Virus record (IMG/VR): IMGVR_UViG_3300009678_000004
Span: 630-64,629 of that record
Source of the DNA: a virus
Direction: 5' to 3' (one strand)
Length of the DNA: 64,000 nt
Shown here: in pieces, positions 46,091 through 56,439 of the stretch
Numbering within the stretch: the stretch's first letter is position 1
Layout of the letters: each line of letters begins with the position of its first letter
The notes under the pieces: model-generated
Database searches by the model: none
What the model was told of the DNA's origin: nothing
Seen by the model: the letters and a program-made list of their open reading frames with translations, nothing else
Made by a program: the position numbers and the translations under genes

Positions 46091-46297
46091 TCACGGCTTC
46101 GGCTGCTCGCTCGCGTACCGCCGGCGCAGCACCCAGAACAGGAGCAGCAGGCCGGCTACGTCGAGCGCGGCAATCTGCCAGATCGATCGCGTCCGCCACT
46201 CGTGACCGGTGACGAGCGTCATCGCCGGCATCACGAGGGCGACCAGCACGGCGGCGGCGAGCGTGCGCCACGCCGCCCTCTTGGTGGCAGTGCTCAT
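46091..46297 (-). CDS. Two-TM protein, candidate immunity protein
   Basis: Two hydrophobic helices; overlaps upstream stop. Confidence 0.6.
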   Translation of the reverse strand: MSTATKRAAWRTLAAAVLVALVMPAMTLVTGHEWRTRSIWQIAALDVAGLLLLFWVLRRRYASEQPKP

Positions 46298-47328
46298 GGT
46301 TTCCTCTTGGGTTCGGGGCCATTGCGTTTGGTCGGCGGCTTGCCGCCCGGATCCGGCGGGCAGTCCTCGCAGCAGTCGCCGAGCGAATCGTCGAAGTCCT
46401 CGCGCGCGTCCGCGATCGAGTTGTCGCGCTTGTTGCGGGCCTTGTCCTTCTCGAGCTCATAGGCGGCGTCGGCGTTGTTCTGGCAGACGTCGAGCGCCAC
46501 CGTCGTCGTCAGCGCCCCCACCACGGCCGGGATGCCGGCGAGGACGAAGCTCAGAAGGAGCGAGCCCGTGTACCCGACTGCCGCGAGCTTGAAACAACTC
46601 TCGATGTCGCTCGACCACTTGGCCGAGGCCGAGGTCATCGCCTGATCGTAGTCCCGCCAAGCGCGCTCGCACGTGCGCGTGAACTGCTTCTGTTTCCGGG
46701 CCCCGCAGACGCTGTCCAGGTACTGCAGCGCCCCGCTCTCGCAGTCCGGCAACGCATCGCACAGACCATCCGGGATCGGCGGCGGCGCGCAGTCGCCGTG
46801 ATCGAAATCGGCGCCCTCATCAAGCGGTGTGTAGAGGTGCGCGGGGATGTACCTCGCGTCCACCACGCCGCTCTCCCGGCGCTCGGCCACGATCCCCATC
46901 GTCGCGATCGTCGCGAGCGGCGTCTCGATCGCCACCACTGCGCCCCACATGCGAAGGATGCCAGTCCGCGGGCGGCCGAGCTCCCGGTCGACCAAGTCGG
47001 AGAAGCGGCCGGCGCGTCCCAGGTCGAGCACCTCGAGTACGTGCAGCGTGTAGGCGTGACCGTACTGGTTCTGCCCGTGATAGTCCGCGGGATCCAAATC
47101 GAGCGGCGCGTTCAGCGGGTAGCACCAGAACGTCCACACGTCGAAACGCGCACCGAAGAGCGCCTCGAACGTCGCCGGCCAGATGGTCTTTGCGAGGAGG
47201 CTGTCGAACGTTGCGCGATCACCGACGTTCGGCGGTGGCGAGGGCGGTTGCTGTTGAGCGAGGGCGGCGGGGTTGCCAAACGCGAGGGCGGCCGCCGCCA
47301 ACAGGGCGGGGAATGCGGTCATCCGCAT
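46294..47328 (-). CDS. Secreted protein with a Cys-braced hydrophobic hairpin (toxin-like)
   Basis: Signal peptide; C-terminal Cys-rich helices flanking LAAVGYTGSLLLSFVLAGIPAVVGAL. Confidence 0.6.
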   Translation of the reverse strand: MRMTAFPALLAAAALAFGNPAALAQQQPPSPPPNVGDRATFDSLLAKTIWPATFEALFGARFDVWTFWCYPLNAPLDLDPADYHGQNQYGHAYTLHVLEVLDLGRAGRFSDLVDRELGRPRTGILRMWGAVVAIETPLATIATMGIVAERRESGVVDARYIPAHLYTPLDEGADFDHGDCAPPPIPDGLCDALPDCESGALQYLDSVCGARKQKQFTRTCERAWRDYDQAMTSASAKWSSDIESCFKLAAVGYTGSLLLSFVLAGIPAVVGALTTTVALDVCQNNADAAYELEKDKARNKRDNSIADAREDFDDSLGDCCEDCPPDPGGKPPTKRNGPEPKRKP

Positions 47329-47426
47329 GGGCTGACTCCTTGAGGGGAAGGCCGCCGCTCAACACCGACGGATATTGTGAGGGCGCCCCGCGGACTCTGG
47401 CAATAGCCCAGAGCGAGACTCCTTCC

Positions 47427-47813
47427 CTAGTTCTTGTCGGGCTTCTTGACCGGCTCCTTCGGCCGCGCCTTCTCCTCGGCCTTGGTAGCAGCTTCGGCCT
47501 TCTCCGCCTCGGCCGCTGCCTTATCCTCCTGAAAGCCGATCAGGAGCTTGCTGAGATCCTCGATCCGCTGATTCGCCATGGCCAGGTCCGCCTTGACCGA
47601 GGTGAGATTCGAGTTGACCATGACGTGAATCTCGTCAGTCTTCTTCTCCTGGCGCATGGCCACAATCAACGCCCCCGTCGCGGCAATTGTTGGCGGCAGG
47701 GCGACCAGCACGGCAAGCGCCACGCTGGTCAGAAGTTTCACCCGCACGGTCTCAGTGCTTTCGGCTTTCGTGATCACGTTCGCTGTTCCTCCGGCCCACT
47801 GGCTGTTGAGCAT
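47427..47813 (-). CDS. TM plus coiled-coil protein (holin or i-spanin candidate)
   Basis: Hydrophobic stretch then coiled coil; at the end of the tail operon. Confidence 0.5.
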   Translation of the reverse strand: MLNSQWAGGTANVITKAESTETVRVKLLTSVALAVLVALPPTIAATGALIVAMRQEKKTDEIHVMVNSNLTSVKADLAMANQRIEDLSKLLIGFQEDKAAAEAEKAEAATKAEEKARPKEPVKKPDKN

Positions 47814-47907
47814 GAGAAAGACAGAGCGCCAGGTCGGCGCTCACAAGAAGTGAGCATGGCGCACAGCACTGACATTGCCGTGCATCATGCAAGCGGACTG
47901 TCGAAAT

Positions 47908-48240
47908 CTAGCGACCCGACGCCTGCCACGACACGAGTTTGCTGAACGTGGTCGCGGCCACCGGCGTCGCGTTGCCGCTGGCCGTCGGCATCCAGCTCTT
48001 GATCAGGATCGAGCCAGCGGCCGGCGTGCCGGCCTGGTCGCCGATCACGGCGGTCGCGCGGTCGCAGGTCAGCACCGGCGCACTCTCGAGCGAGGCGACG
48101 GCGGATGTCACCACCGAGAGACCGGTGACGATGGTGTCCGTCGCGGCGACGGTGGTGTGAACACCGCTCACCGTGCGCGTGCCGCCAGCACCCGAGATCG
48201 CGAAGCTTGCATTGGTTCCGAGTTGTCCTTCACCGGACAT
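47908..48240 (-). CDS. Small tail-fibre-associated beta protein (H-lectin/gp53-like)
   Basis: C-terminal VSWQASGR; T/A-rich. Confidence 0.55.
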   Translation of the reverse strand: MSGEGQLGTNASFAISGAGGTRTVSGVHTTVAATDTIVTGLSVVTSAVASLESAPVLTCDRATAVIGDQAGTPAAGSILIKSWMPTASGNATPVAATTFSKLVSWQASGR

Positions 48241-48274
48241 GGTTTCCCTTGCCTTTCGTTGATGATGATCACGG

Positions 48275-49603
48275 TCAGTCGATCGTGATGCGGAGATAGG
48301 GCTGAATCGCAGGCGCGAGCCCGCTACCAAGCCCGGGAACGGTTCCTGAATACGTGGTGGTGGTCAGCACGCCGGGAGTTGCGGTCTGCAGCAACGTTCC
48401 GTCGCTCCAATCCCAGACGCAGGCCGCGAGATTCGGCTGGGTCGTGGCCATGGCGAAACGACAGCCGGCCCAAATGTGCGTGTTGGCGGTGAGCGCGTAC
48501 GCGAGCCCGCTCGAGTTGCGGCGCACGGTGCCCGAGGTGCCAGCGCCAAAGCTATCGAGCGATCCGGTGACGGCGAGCACGGTCAACGTCTGGCCCGCTC
48601 GGTTCGGCGCCGAGGGGGTTGAGGCGATCGCCATCTCGGCAGTTTGGGTGCCCGATCCTGCGGCCTGGTTCCAGCACTCGACGAAGTTGAGCACCATCCC
48701 GAGCGGCAGATAGCCGATGTAGCACCAGTAAGCGGTGTTCGTGACCGTGAGGAACGAGGTCGACGTGATGAACGGCGCCGCCGGATGGAAGATGCGTTGC
48801 TGGGAGTTGCCGGCGTCGGGCGACGTCCCGCTCCAGCTCAGCACGCCCGCCGTGGTGCAGGCGAGAACTTGACCGTTGGCTCCGGGCGCTGCCGTGGGCA
48901 GCGTGTACGTCACATCCGTCGATTGGTTGCCGGCTTGGAACGCCGAGAAGTTCGAGCTGTCGGAGTCATCGAAGCGGAGCAGCTTGGTTGCCGCGATCTT
49001 CAGCTGCTCGGCGAGGTTGAGTCCTCCACCCGCCGTGAAATCGGTGCCAGCTGCTCCCAAGTTCAGCGCGAGGTTGTTCGCGAAGTCGAGGTTGCCGGTC
49101 AGAGCACGGGCGCCACTCGCAAGGAGGTAGGCGGCCAAGTTCACGTTCGCTTCCCCGCTCGGGCTCTCGGTGACGATCGTCGCCAAGGGCTCCGTGAAGT
49201 CGATAACGCTCGCGGTGGCGGACACCGTCACGTCATCTTCCTGCACCATGATCGACGAGCTGCCGGCAGAGATCGAGATGTAGGTCGCCCCATCCCACAG
49301 CAGGAGAAGATTCTCGTCCTCGATCCAGACCATCCAGCCTTCTTTGATCTCGAAAAAGCGCCAAGCGAGGTTCAGCCAGACGGCCAGGTCGCCGTCATGA
49401 CCGAGCCAGTCGCCGGTGCCGCCGGTGGCGACGATGTAGCGATCGCCGGTGACCGGCGAACCGGGCGGCGCCGTGAGATCGCGATCGATGACCGCGAGCT
49501 GGATCACGGCGTCGAACGCCTGGAAGCCTTCGTTGACGTCGATCTCGGCCTGGTTCTGACCGTCGACCAGTTCTTCGACGTCGAGTTGCGCGGTGGTACT
49601 CAT
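48275..49603 (-). CDS. Tail fibre, DUF2793 N-terminus
   Basis: GQNQAEIDVNEG..D, TAPPGSPVTGDRYIV..TGDW.GHDG; then QEDD module and tip domain. Confidence 0.85.
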   Translation of the reverse strand: MSTTAQLDVEELVDGQNQAEIDVNEGFQAFDAVIQLAVIDRDLTAPPGSPVTGDRYIVATGGTGDWLGHDGDLAVWLNLAWRFFEIKEGWMVWIEDENLLLLWDGATYISISAGSSSIMVQEDDVTVSATASVIDFTEPLATIVTESPSGEANVNLAAYLLASGARALTGNLDFANNLALNLGAAGTDFTAGGGLNLAEQLKIAATKLLRFDDSDSSNFSAFQAGNQSTDVTYTLPTAAPGANGQVLACTTAGVLSWSGTSPDAGNSQQRIFHPAAPFITSTSFLTVTNTAYWCYIGYLPLGMVLNFVECWNQAAGSGTQTAEMAIASTPSAPNRAGQTLTVLAVTGSLDSFGAGTSGTVRRNSSGLAYALTANTHIWAGCRFAMATTQPNLAACVWDWSDGTLLQTATPGVLTTTTYSGTVPGLGSGLAPAIQPYLRITID

Positions 49604-52332
49604 CAGACGTCAATCCTGAATGTGCGCCCACGCCCGAGCGTCGGCGAGATTTGGTAAATGGCGATGTTCACGGGGTCCTGCGGGCTACCGAAGTCGGTCG
49701 TCTGATCGGTCGCGGAGTACGTGGCGAGAGGCGTGCTGACGGCGATCGTGCGCACCACGTCGTCGCCGTCGTAGATGTCGACCTCGTACGATTCGGGCAC
49801 GTCGAGCAGCGGCGCCGCCGCCGGACCTAAGATCGTCGCCAGCGAGCGCGAGCGCCGAACCCAGGTGATTGTGAGATTGTCCGACAGGTCGCGCGTGCCC
49901 TCGATGTGTGCCGCGCTCCAGGGCAGCATCGAGCCGCCGCGCAGCGTCACCTTCTTCGACGGCGCATCGGCCACCACGCCACCGGCCGGCACCGCCTTGA
50001 ACCAGCGGTCGAGGCCGATCGTGTTGGCGTTGATGTTCTGGGTGAGGAGGCCGCCGCCGTTCAGGTACACGAATCGCTCGTTCACCAGGTGACGATCCAT
50101 GAACCGCTCGGTGTTTCGGAGCCCGCGCAGCAAGGTCGAGAGCCGGTAGCGGTTGGCGCCGATCAGCGTGGCGTCGGCGAAGGCGATGCACTCCTGGCCC
50201 AGCACCGCATGATTCAATCCCGAGAGCACTTGCGCCTCGGTGGCCGACGACAGTGACCCATGCACCAGCTGCACGTCGACGGTATGCGCGCGATCCCAGA
50301 CCCCGGAATCGAGCGGCTCCGGCAGTACGTCGACGCCGTTGCCCACCGTCGCCTCGATCGCGATCGGCCTGAGCGACGTGAACGTGATGTTGTCGGTGCT
50401 GACGAAAATCGTCCCGCCGGCCCAGTGCGCGTCGGGATTGAGCGCGGCGGCGGCGAAGTAGATCACGAGGCGCATCTCGTCCTGCGTCGCCAGCGGCGCG
50501 AAGTCCAAGATCTCGAGCTGCAGCTCCGACGGTGGGCTGATCTCGCCGTCGCGGAAGCCGTCCGAGCCCTCGGTCTCGCTCGACTGCACCGAGATCTCCG
50601 GCACTTCGCTGAGCGCCTCGACGTTGATCTGCAAGTTGCTGCCGCGGTCGACCTTGGCGCAGATCGCCGTGCGGGCTTCGCCGAACGCGGTGAAGTGCAG
50701 GCGGTCGTACTCGCGCACGGTGAGCAAGGACGGCGGCAGCGGGATCTCGAACGCGCTGCGGTTCGCCTGCTGCACCCACAGCACGCGGCGCGCGATCACG
50801 GTGGCATCGTCGTTGGTCATCGACAGCGGGAACTCGATGATCATCGGCAGGTCGACCGAGTACGCCTGATTGCGGTAGGACTGCGAGCCGCCCTGGTAGT
50901 TGCGGTCGGCGTCCATGAACTTCACGGTGCATTCTCTCGGCGCCGAGTCGTCCGGCTGATCCTTCTCGATCACCGGCTCGCCGCTCGGCTGCGTGTTGCC
51001 GCTGAAGGCGCCGAGCGCATCGTCGGGAAGATCGATGTCCGGGAGGTCAGAGCGGTAGAGGAACGTCGTCACGCCGTCGCGGTCCTGCACGACGATGTCA
51101 TAGGCCATCATCAGCTGCGTCAAGAGCTGCGAGGTGGCCTGCGCGCCCTTGAACGCGAAGCCGCGGAGAAGGGCGCCGCCCGGGTCGAACGTCAGGCCAT
51201 CGCCGGCGAGATAGGCGAACTGGATCGCCTGTGACACACCGTTGTTGAACAGCCCGCAGAACTGGCCGCCGTTGCTCGGGTAGTTCGGCAGCTCATCCGC
51301 GAGCGGGTAGGGCTGGCAGGCGGTGCCGAAGCGCGCCTGGGTCGACGTGCCGCCGAAGTCGATCACCTCCTTCGACCACGCGCCCTCGTCGTTGCGCGCG
51401 AAGTAGGCGGTGTCGTTGTCGCGCGTGAAGTAGGCGTACACGCGACCGTTCAGGTCCTGGCTCGTGCCATGGTTCGAGGTGGCATCGGTGCTCGAGGCGG
51501 TGTACGTCGCATCGATATTTTCGGCCGACCACGACGCCCCGTCCCAGGTGAGCAGCCACGGACGCACCAGCGTACTCACGGCGCCGGCATAGAACGCGAA
51601 GTAGATGTGCTCGCGGTCGACGCCCAGGACCGGCGAGGTGAAGTCACCCAAGTGCACTGCCTGCGCGGCGAAGATTTCTCCTGGCGCCGTCCACACGCCG
51701 GCAATGCGCATCGTGTGTTTGTAGCGCTCGTCGGTGCCGTCGTAGTAGATCACGTGCGGCAGGTCGAAGCGGTCGAGGATCAGCACCGGCTTCGACGAAT
51801 TGGTGATCGAGGCGCCGGCCACCACCTGCTCGTTCACCACGCCGGTCCAGGCCGTGCCGGTATTGTCCTCGTCGGCGTCATCCTGACGCCAGTAGCGGAT
51901 CTCCCCCACCGTTTGCGGCACCACCACCACGTGGCCGACGGCGTTGGTGTCGCGCGCGAAGAACGCGTGAATCAGCGCGGTCGCGGTGCTGGTCGCGACA
52001 AAGCGCGAGGTGAACGCGCCCGGGCCAGTGCGGTGCACATAGTGCGCGCCGTTGCCGCTGGTCTTGGTGTCTGAGCAGATCGTGATGCGCTGATTGTTGT
52101 CGCACAGCACTTGGCGCATGTTGCCGGTGCCGAGCGTGCTGTCGAGTGTGCCGTCGACCGACCATGTGACGCCGTCGGTGTCGGAGCGATAGACCTTGGT
52201 GTCCGGCGTGGGGTCGTTATTGCGGATCGCGGCGATCATCGAGCCATCGAGCAAGCGGCAGACGTGCGGCTGCCCGCCGGCGTTGCCGATCAGGAGCGTG
52301 CTCTCTTCGATGGTGTAGAAGACCGACGCCAC
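49603..52332 (-). CDS. Tail hub / host-specificity protein, C-terminal part, with N-terminal propeller-like domain
   Basis: YRLSTLLRGLRNTE, LTITWVRRSR, YEVDIY, YQISPTLGRG GTA-type motifs; N-terminal YRSDTDGVTWS Asp-box-like motif. Confidence 0.8.
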   Translation of the reverse strand: MASVFYTIEESTLLIGNAGGQPHVCRLLDGSMIAAIRNNDPTPDTKVYRSDTDGVTWSVDGTLDSTLGTGNMRQVLCDNNQRITICSDTKTSGNGAHYVHRTGPGAFTSRFVATSTATALIHAFFARDTNAVGHVVVVPQTVGEIRYWRQDDADEDNTGTAWTGVVNEQVVAGASITNSSKPVLILDRFDLPHVIYYDGTDERYKHTMRIAGVWTAPGEIFAAQAVHLGDFTSPVLGVDREHIYFAFYAGAVSTLVRPWLLTWDGASWSAENIDATYTASSTDATSNHGTSQDLNGRVYAYFTRDNDTAYFARNDEGAWSKEVIDFGGTSTQARFGTACQPYPLADELPNYPSNGGQFCGLFNNGVSQAIQFAYLAGDGLTFDPGGALLRGFAFKGAQATSQLLTQLMMAYDIVVQDRDGVTTFLYRSDLPDIDLPDDALGAFSGNTQPSGEPVIEKDQPDDSAPRECTVKFMDADRNYQGGSQSYRNQAYSVDLPMIIEFPLSMTNDDATVIARRVLWVQQANRSAFEIPLPPSLLTVREYDRLHFTAFGEARTAICAKVDRGSNLQINVEALSEVPEISVQSSETEGSDGFRDGEISPPSELQLEILDFAPLATQDEMRLVIYFAAAALNPDAHWAGGTIFVSTDNITFTSLRPIAIEATVGNGVDVLPEPLDSGVWDRAHTVDVQLVHGSLSSATEAQVLSGLNHAVLGQECIAFADATLIGANRYRLSTLLRGLRNTERFMDRHLVNERFVYLNGGGLLTQNINANTIGLDRWFKAVPAGGVVADAPSKKVTLRGGSMLPWSAAHIEGTRDLSDNLTITWVRRSRSLATILGPAAAPLLDVPESYEVDIYDGDDVVRTIAVSTPLATYSATDQTTDFGSPQDPVNIAIYQISPTLGRGRTFRIDV

Positions 52333-53603
52333 TAGAACGCCCCCAGCCCGGTGACGTCGTACTCGGTGCGCTTGTAACCGGCGCGCTCGAGCAGCGTGGA
52401 GAACACGTCCTTCAATTGCCGCTGGCCGTTCTCGCGGATGATCGCCTCGAAGTTCGGCACGCGATTGCCGAAGTCGCCGAGCTTGAGTCTGGTCACCACG
52501 ACGTACGCCGTGCCGCGGTAGCCCGGCACATCGCCGACGCCCTCGAACGATTCGATCAGCGGATCCGGCAGCTGGTCCTGCGTGCCGTAGTAGAGCGTGA
52601 TGTCATCGGCCAGACCGGACCAAAACGCCGGGTTCTCCTGCACCAGGCGCGCGCTGTCATCGGTCTGCGGTCGCGCGCCATCGTTGCGGAGTTTGATGAA
52701 CGTGTCACCGCTCGGCCCGTTGCCGGACTGCACGCAGCGGAACACGCCGTTGTTCTCAGCCAAGGAGAAGCCGGTCACGGTCACATCCGCGCCGCTCTTG
52801 AACACGGTCAGATCCGGCGCACCGAGCCCGGTGTGCGAGACGATCGACTCGTGCGTGTCGGAGACGGTCTGGCCGCTGAAGTTGACGAAATCGTTATCGG
52901 CCCAGAGCTGGACCATGGGCGGCCGGAAGGTCAGCGTGCCCGTGCCGCCGCCCAAGTCGACATAGCTCACCACCACGTAGCCGTTCGGGTCGCCGGCGAC
53001 CTGGAAGAACTCGTCGACCTCCGGCGTGCGATCGACGCTGTCCAGATCGACCGTCGAGTTGCCGACCGTCAATGACGCGTCATCGATCTGCGCCGTGAAG
53101 TCGAGGAAGTTCCCCGAGCCGTCGAGCTCATAGAGGACGTTCACCTCGAAGTCGGTAGACGGGTCAGGGCTGAGATAGTCGATGATCGTGTCATCGACGC
53201 GGCCCCAGACCTTCTTGCCGTCGGCGAACAGGAAGTCGAAGTTCTCGACCTCGTTCATGCAGAACCCGACCGCCACGTCGACAAAATAGTCATAGGTGAT
53301 GACCGTCTGGCCGCCGCCGCCCTTTCCCCCGGCGTCCTCCTCGTGCTTCTCCTGGATCAAGGGGCCGAGGTAGATCACCGTGCCGGCGACGCGTGTGATG
53401 CCGAACGTCACCGCGGACGGGTCGCCTTCGCTGGCGCTCGAGAACTTGAGGTCCGAAAGCCGCGGGCCCTGGACGGGGTCTTGCGGGAACAGCGCCGGCA
53501 TCAGGTAGTTTTGATCGATGTACGAGCCGATCGCGGCGCCGGCCATGCCGCCAAGCGGGCCGAGGAAGATGGTGCCGACGGTCTGTAGCGCGATGGTCGC
53601 CAT
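52332..53603 (-). CDS. Tail hub / host-specificity protein, N-terminal part
   Basis: GPRLSDL..SASEG, GGKGGG, QLPDPLIE..VPGYRGTAY..FGNRVPN. Confidence 0.85.
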   Translation of the reverse strand: MATIALQTVGTIFLGPLGGMAGAAIGSYIDQNYLMPALFPQDPVQGPRLSDLKFSSASEGDPSAVTFGITRVAGTVIYLGPLIQEKHEEDAGGKGGGGQTVITYDYFVDVAVGFCMNEVENFDFLFADGKKVWGRVDDTIIDYLSPDPSTDFEVNVLYELDGSGNFLDFTAQIDDASLTVGNSTVDLDSVDRTPEVDEFFQVAGDPNGYVVVSYVDLGGGTGTLTFRPPMVQLWADNDFVNFSGQTVSDTHESIVSHTGLGAPDLTVFKSGADVTVTGFSLAENNGVFRCVQSGNGPSGDTFIKLRNDGARPQTDDSARLVQENPAFWSGLADDITLYYGTQDQLPDPLIESFEGVGDVPGYRGTAYVVVTRLKLGDFGNRVPNFEAIIRENGQRQLKDVFSTLLERAGYKRTEYDVTGLGAF

Positions 53604-53788
53604 CAGCGGCCCTCCTTGACCTTGAGGTACCGATCGCGCACCTCGCACATCAGGTTGAACGCGGCGAACTGGAGCGACGCCACCATCTCGCGCACCGTCG
53701 GCTGATGCTCGCCGGCTTTCTCGACCCAGCGCTGCAGCAGCCGATCGAGATCTTCGGAGAACTTGTCGATCGGGCGCTCGCCGCTCAT
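53603..53788 (-). CDS. Small hypothetical protein inserted in the tail operon
   Basis: Coupled on both sides. Confidence 0.5.
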   Translation of the reverse strand: MSGERPIDKFSEDLDRLLQRWVEKAGEHQPTVREMVASLQFAAFNLMCEVRDRYLKVKEGR

Positions 53789-54225
53789 GCGACCCCCCGC
53801 AGCCGCCAGGCGCTCGCGGTGACCGCGCGCCAGTGCTCGTCGATGCGGTGCTCGGTGACGCGGCCGATCACGTCATAGGCGTGCAGCATGCCGCGGTCGG
53901 TCTTGATCGCCACGTGCGGCGCCCGTGCGTTGGGAATGTCGAACACCAGGATCGAGCCAGCGCGTGCGGCCGGATCGGGATCCGAGACGGCGGCGAGCGC
54001 ACGGGCGAACAGCTCCTTCTGGCCATCGCGCGCGTAGCGGGCGAAGTCGTTCTTGTCGAAGCCCGCTGCGCGCAGCATCGCCAGCATGTCGATCCTGAGT
54101 TCCTGCGCGACGCAGATCACCAGGCCGATGCAATCGACGCCGGCATTTCGCCGGCGACCCTGATGACGAAATGGCGTGTTCAGGAACTCGCGGGCCTTGG
54201 CGATGAACGCGCGCGGAGAAATCAT
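53785..54225 (-). CDS. NlpC/P60 tail peptidase
   Basis: TPFRHQGR..GVDCIGLV, HVAI, MLHAY. Confidence 0.9.
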   Translation of the reverse strand: MISPRAFIAKAREFLNTPFRHQGRRRNAGVDCIGLVICVAQELRIDMLAMLRAAGFDKNDFARYARDGQKELFARALAAVSDPDPAARAGSILVFDIPNARAPHVAIKTDRGMLHAYDVIGRVTEHRIDEHWRAVTASAWRLRGVA

Positions 54226-56243
54226 GGTGCTGGCGCGCCTCCGCTTTCGCGCGGGGTCTCGAGCGCGCCGTCGCCGCCCGGCATATAAGAAAACCCGCCG
54301 TGGTTGATGACGTTGTCGAATTTGTCGTGACAGTCGCCCTCCTTCAACCAGTTGCAGCCGGGCTCCGCGTCGAACAAGTCATCGACGGCGATGTCGAACG
54401 GTGCCGGCAGCTGCGTCTCGAACCGCCGCGTGTCGGTGCCGTACTGCTTCACGTTGAACGCCAGCCCCTGGTTCAAGCCGGTGCGCCAGCGGATGACGCC
54501 GTGGCGGAAGTATTCCTCGGGCCGGAGCCCGTGAATGTCCGCGGTGTTCGCCGTGAAAATGCGCCGATCGGTGACCGTTGCCACGCGCACGCCGCGGTAG
54601 GTGAGTGCGTGCAGCTGCACCTTGCAACCTTTGTCGCCGAGGTTGTGCCGGCACGGGCGCGCGTAGACGTCACCGATCGCGTGCCGCAAGAGCGAGGGCA
54701 GCCCCGCGAGCTGCGCCGTGTAGCTGGCGCCGTTCCACGAACACTCCTGCACCACGTAGACGCTGGTCTGTACCGACCCGCCCCAGGGAAAGCGCCAGTC
54801 GACCAGGTGCTCCGTCAGGCGAGCCGAGCGAAAGCGGCCGGCGCGCAGATCGTCCGTCGTGATCTTGTCGCTGGTGATGATGCCGCCGATCTCGAGGTTG
54901 GGCTCCTTCAGCGCCGCTTCACGCCGGCGCGCGGTGGCATCGAAGCCGCCGACGCTCTCGTACACGTCGCCCTGGAAGCTGAGGCTCGCGTTGTGATCGG
55001 TGAAGAAGAACTGCCGGCCGTCTTCGCGCTCGAGCTTGAGCAACGTCGCGAGCGCGTGCCCGGAACTCTGCAGCCCGGCCTTGGCGGCGTCGGTCGCCGG
55101 GTTCTCGGGCGTCGTCAGCGGCCCGTCGGTGTAGAGCACCACGAACACGCCCTGCGTCACCCGGTCCTCGAACGAGCCGACCGGCACCTCGACCAGCTCG
55201 AGCCCGAGCTCGGCGTCGTTGATCTCGTTGCGCGTCCAGTCCTCGAAGGTCTTCGGGCTCTTCTCCCAGACTTGGCTCTTGAACGCGTAGTCGGTATCGG
55301 CGAGCTCACCCTCGCCGGCGTGGTAGATGGCTCCGCTGTAGGCCAGGAACTGGCGCAGGTCGCGAAACAGCGAGGTGTTGTAGAACAGCATGACCGTCGT
55401 GCCGAGCGCGTAGATTTTCGTCGGCAGGACGGTCAGGTTGCGCATGATCCAGGATTCTTTCGCACCGATCTCGAGCGTCTCGTCGGCGAACACATAGGAC
55501 GTGTTGCCGTCGGCCTGGATCTCGTCGACCTCGAGATGGTGATCGCCATCGGCGGCGCCGAGGAAGTCGTTCAGATCAACGCTCGAATCATTGGTCGGGA
55601 ACAGCGTCACGAACTTCGGGTTGCCGAGCGTGTCGGAGAGGAAGTCGGTGCGGCGTAGCCCGTTGTTGCCGACCCGCACGTGGAAATCGTCGTACTGGCC
55701 GTCCGGGTTGGTGAAGATGATCCGGTGCACTCTTTCGCTGCTGGTCGCCTGGGTGAAGGCATCACGGATGCGGAGCGAGACGTCCTCCAGGCCGTCGATC
55801 AACACGCGCACCTCGCCGGTGCCGGCCTCGAACGAGCAGCCGAACTCGATCGCGTAGGTGGTGGACACGGTCAGCGGCGCGCCGGTCGACGTCACGGTCT
55901 GCGTGGCATCGGTCTGCGCGATATCGACTTGCAGCAGCCCGGCGGCGGTGATCTGCAGCGTGACCACGCCCGAGTGATCGGCGAGGCCGAAGCGCAGGAT
56001 GTCGCGCGTCGTGGTGAGCGCTAGCGCCGAGTAGAGCACCCGGCAGACGACGACATCCCAGCCGCGGCCGAACTCATAGGCGAGGTTCGCCGGATCCTCG
56101 ATCCCCTGACCGATGCCGGAGAGACCGGGCGTGATGATGGTGAGCGTCGACAGGGGATTGGCGTCGAAGTTCGGCAGCTTTTTAACGCCGCCGTTCGCCA
56201 TGTGATCGAACGAGGTGAAGCCGTGCAGGAGCGTGGTCGGCAT
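54222..56243 (-). CDS. DUF2163/BR0599-like tail protein with a ~390-aa N-terminal extra domain
   Basis: REDG..FFFTDHN, CRHNLGDKGC, GCNW..C..KFDN..NHGGF..PG. Confidence 0.85.
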   Translation of the reverse strand: MPTTLLHGFTSFDHMANGGVKKLPNFDANPLSTLTIITPGLSGIGQGIEDPANLAYEFGRGWDVVVCRVLYSALALTTTRDILRFGLADHSGVVTLQITAAGLLQVDIAQTDATQTVTSTGAPLTVSTTYAIEFGCSFEAGTGEVRVLIDGLEDVSLRIRDAFTQATSSERVHRIIFTNPDGQYDDFHVRVGNNGLRRTDFLSDTLGNPKFVTLFPTNDSSVDLNDFLGAADGDHHLEVDEIQADGNTSYVFADETLEIGAKESWIMRNLTVLPTKIYALGTTVMLFYNTSLFRDLRQFLAYSGAIYHAGEGELADTDYAFKSQVWEKSPKTFEDWTRNEINDAELGLELVEVPVGSFEDRVTQGVFVVLYTDGPLTTPENPATDAAKAGLQSSGHALATLLKLEREDGRQFFFTDHNASLSFQGDVYESVGGFDATARRREAALKEPNLEIGGIITSDKITTDDLRAGRFRSARLTEHLVDWRFPWGGSVQTSVYVVQECSWNGASYTAQLAGLPSLLRHAIGDVYARPCRHNLGDKGCKVQLHALTYRGVRVATVTDRRIFTANTADIHGLRPEEYFRHGVIRWRTGLNQGLAFNVKQYGTDTRRFETQLPAPFDIAVDDLFDAEPGCNWLKEGDCHDKFDNVINHGGFSYMPGGDGALETPRESGGAPAP

Positions 56244-56253
56244 CGCCAGTTTG

Positions 56254-56439
56254 TCAGCCTTCGAGGAATCGCGCCGTGAACCGCGGCGCGTAGTTAGAGC
56301 CGTCCTTCACCAGATCCGTCGCCTGTCGCCGCAGCCATGCTGCGAGTTCACGGCGGCGTTCGGGATCGACCTCGTCGGCACGATGAATGGTCAACGTCGC
56401 TCGCGCGAAATCGCCGCTCGTCGCCTTGCTCTTCTTCAT
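56254..56439 (-). CDS. Small hypothetical protein
   Basis: Coupled ORF. Confidence 0.5.
   Translation of the reverse strand: MKKSKATSGDFARATLTIHRADEVDPERRRELAAWLRRQATDLVKDGSNYAPRFTARFLEG

Noticed and set aside
3801-49603. Diversity-generating retroelement explaining the duplicated fibre modules
   Set aside because: No reverse transcriptase; both copies are coding and the differences I inspected look synonymous rather than adenine-specific
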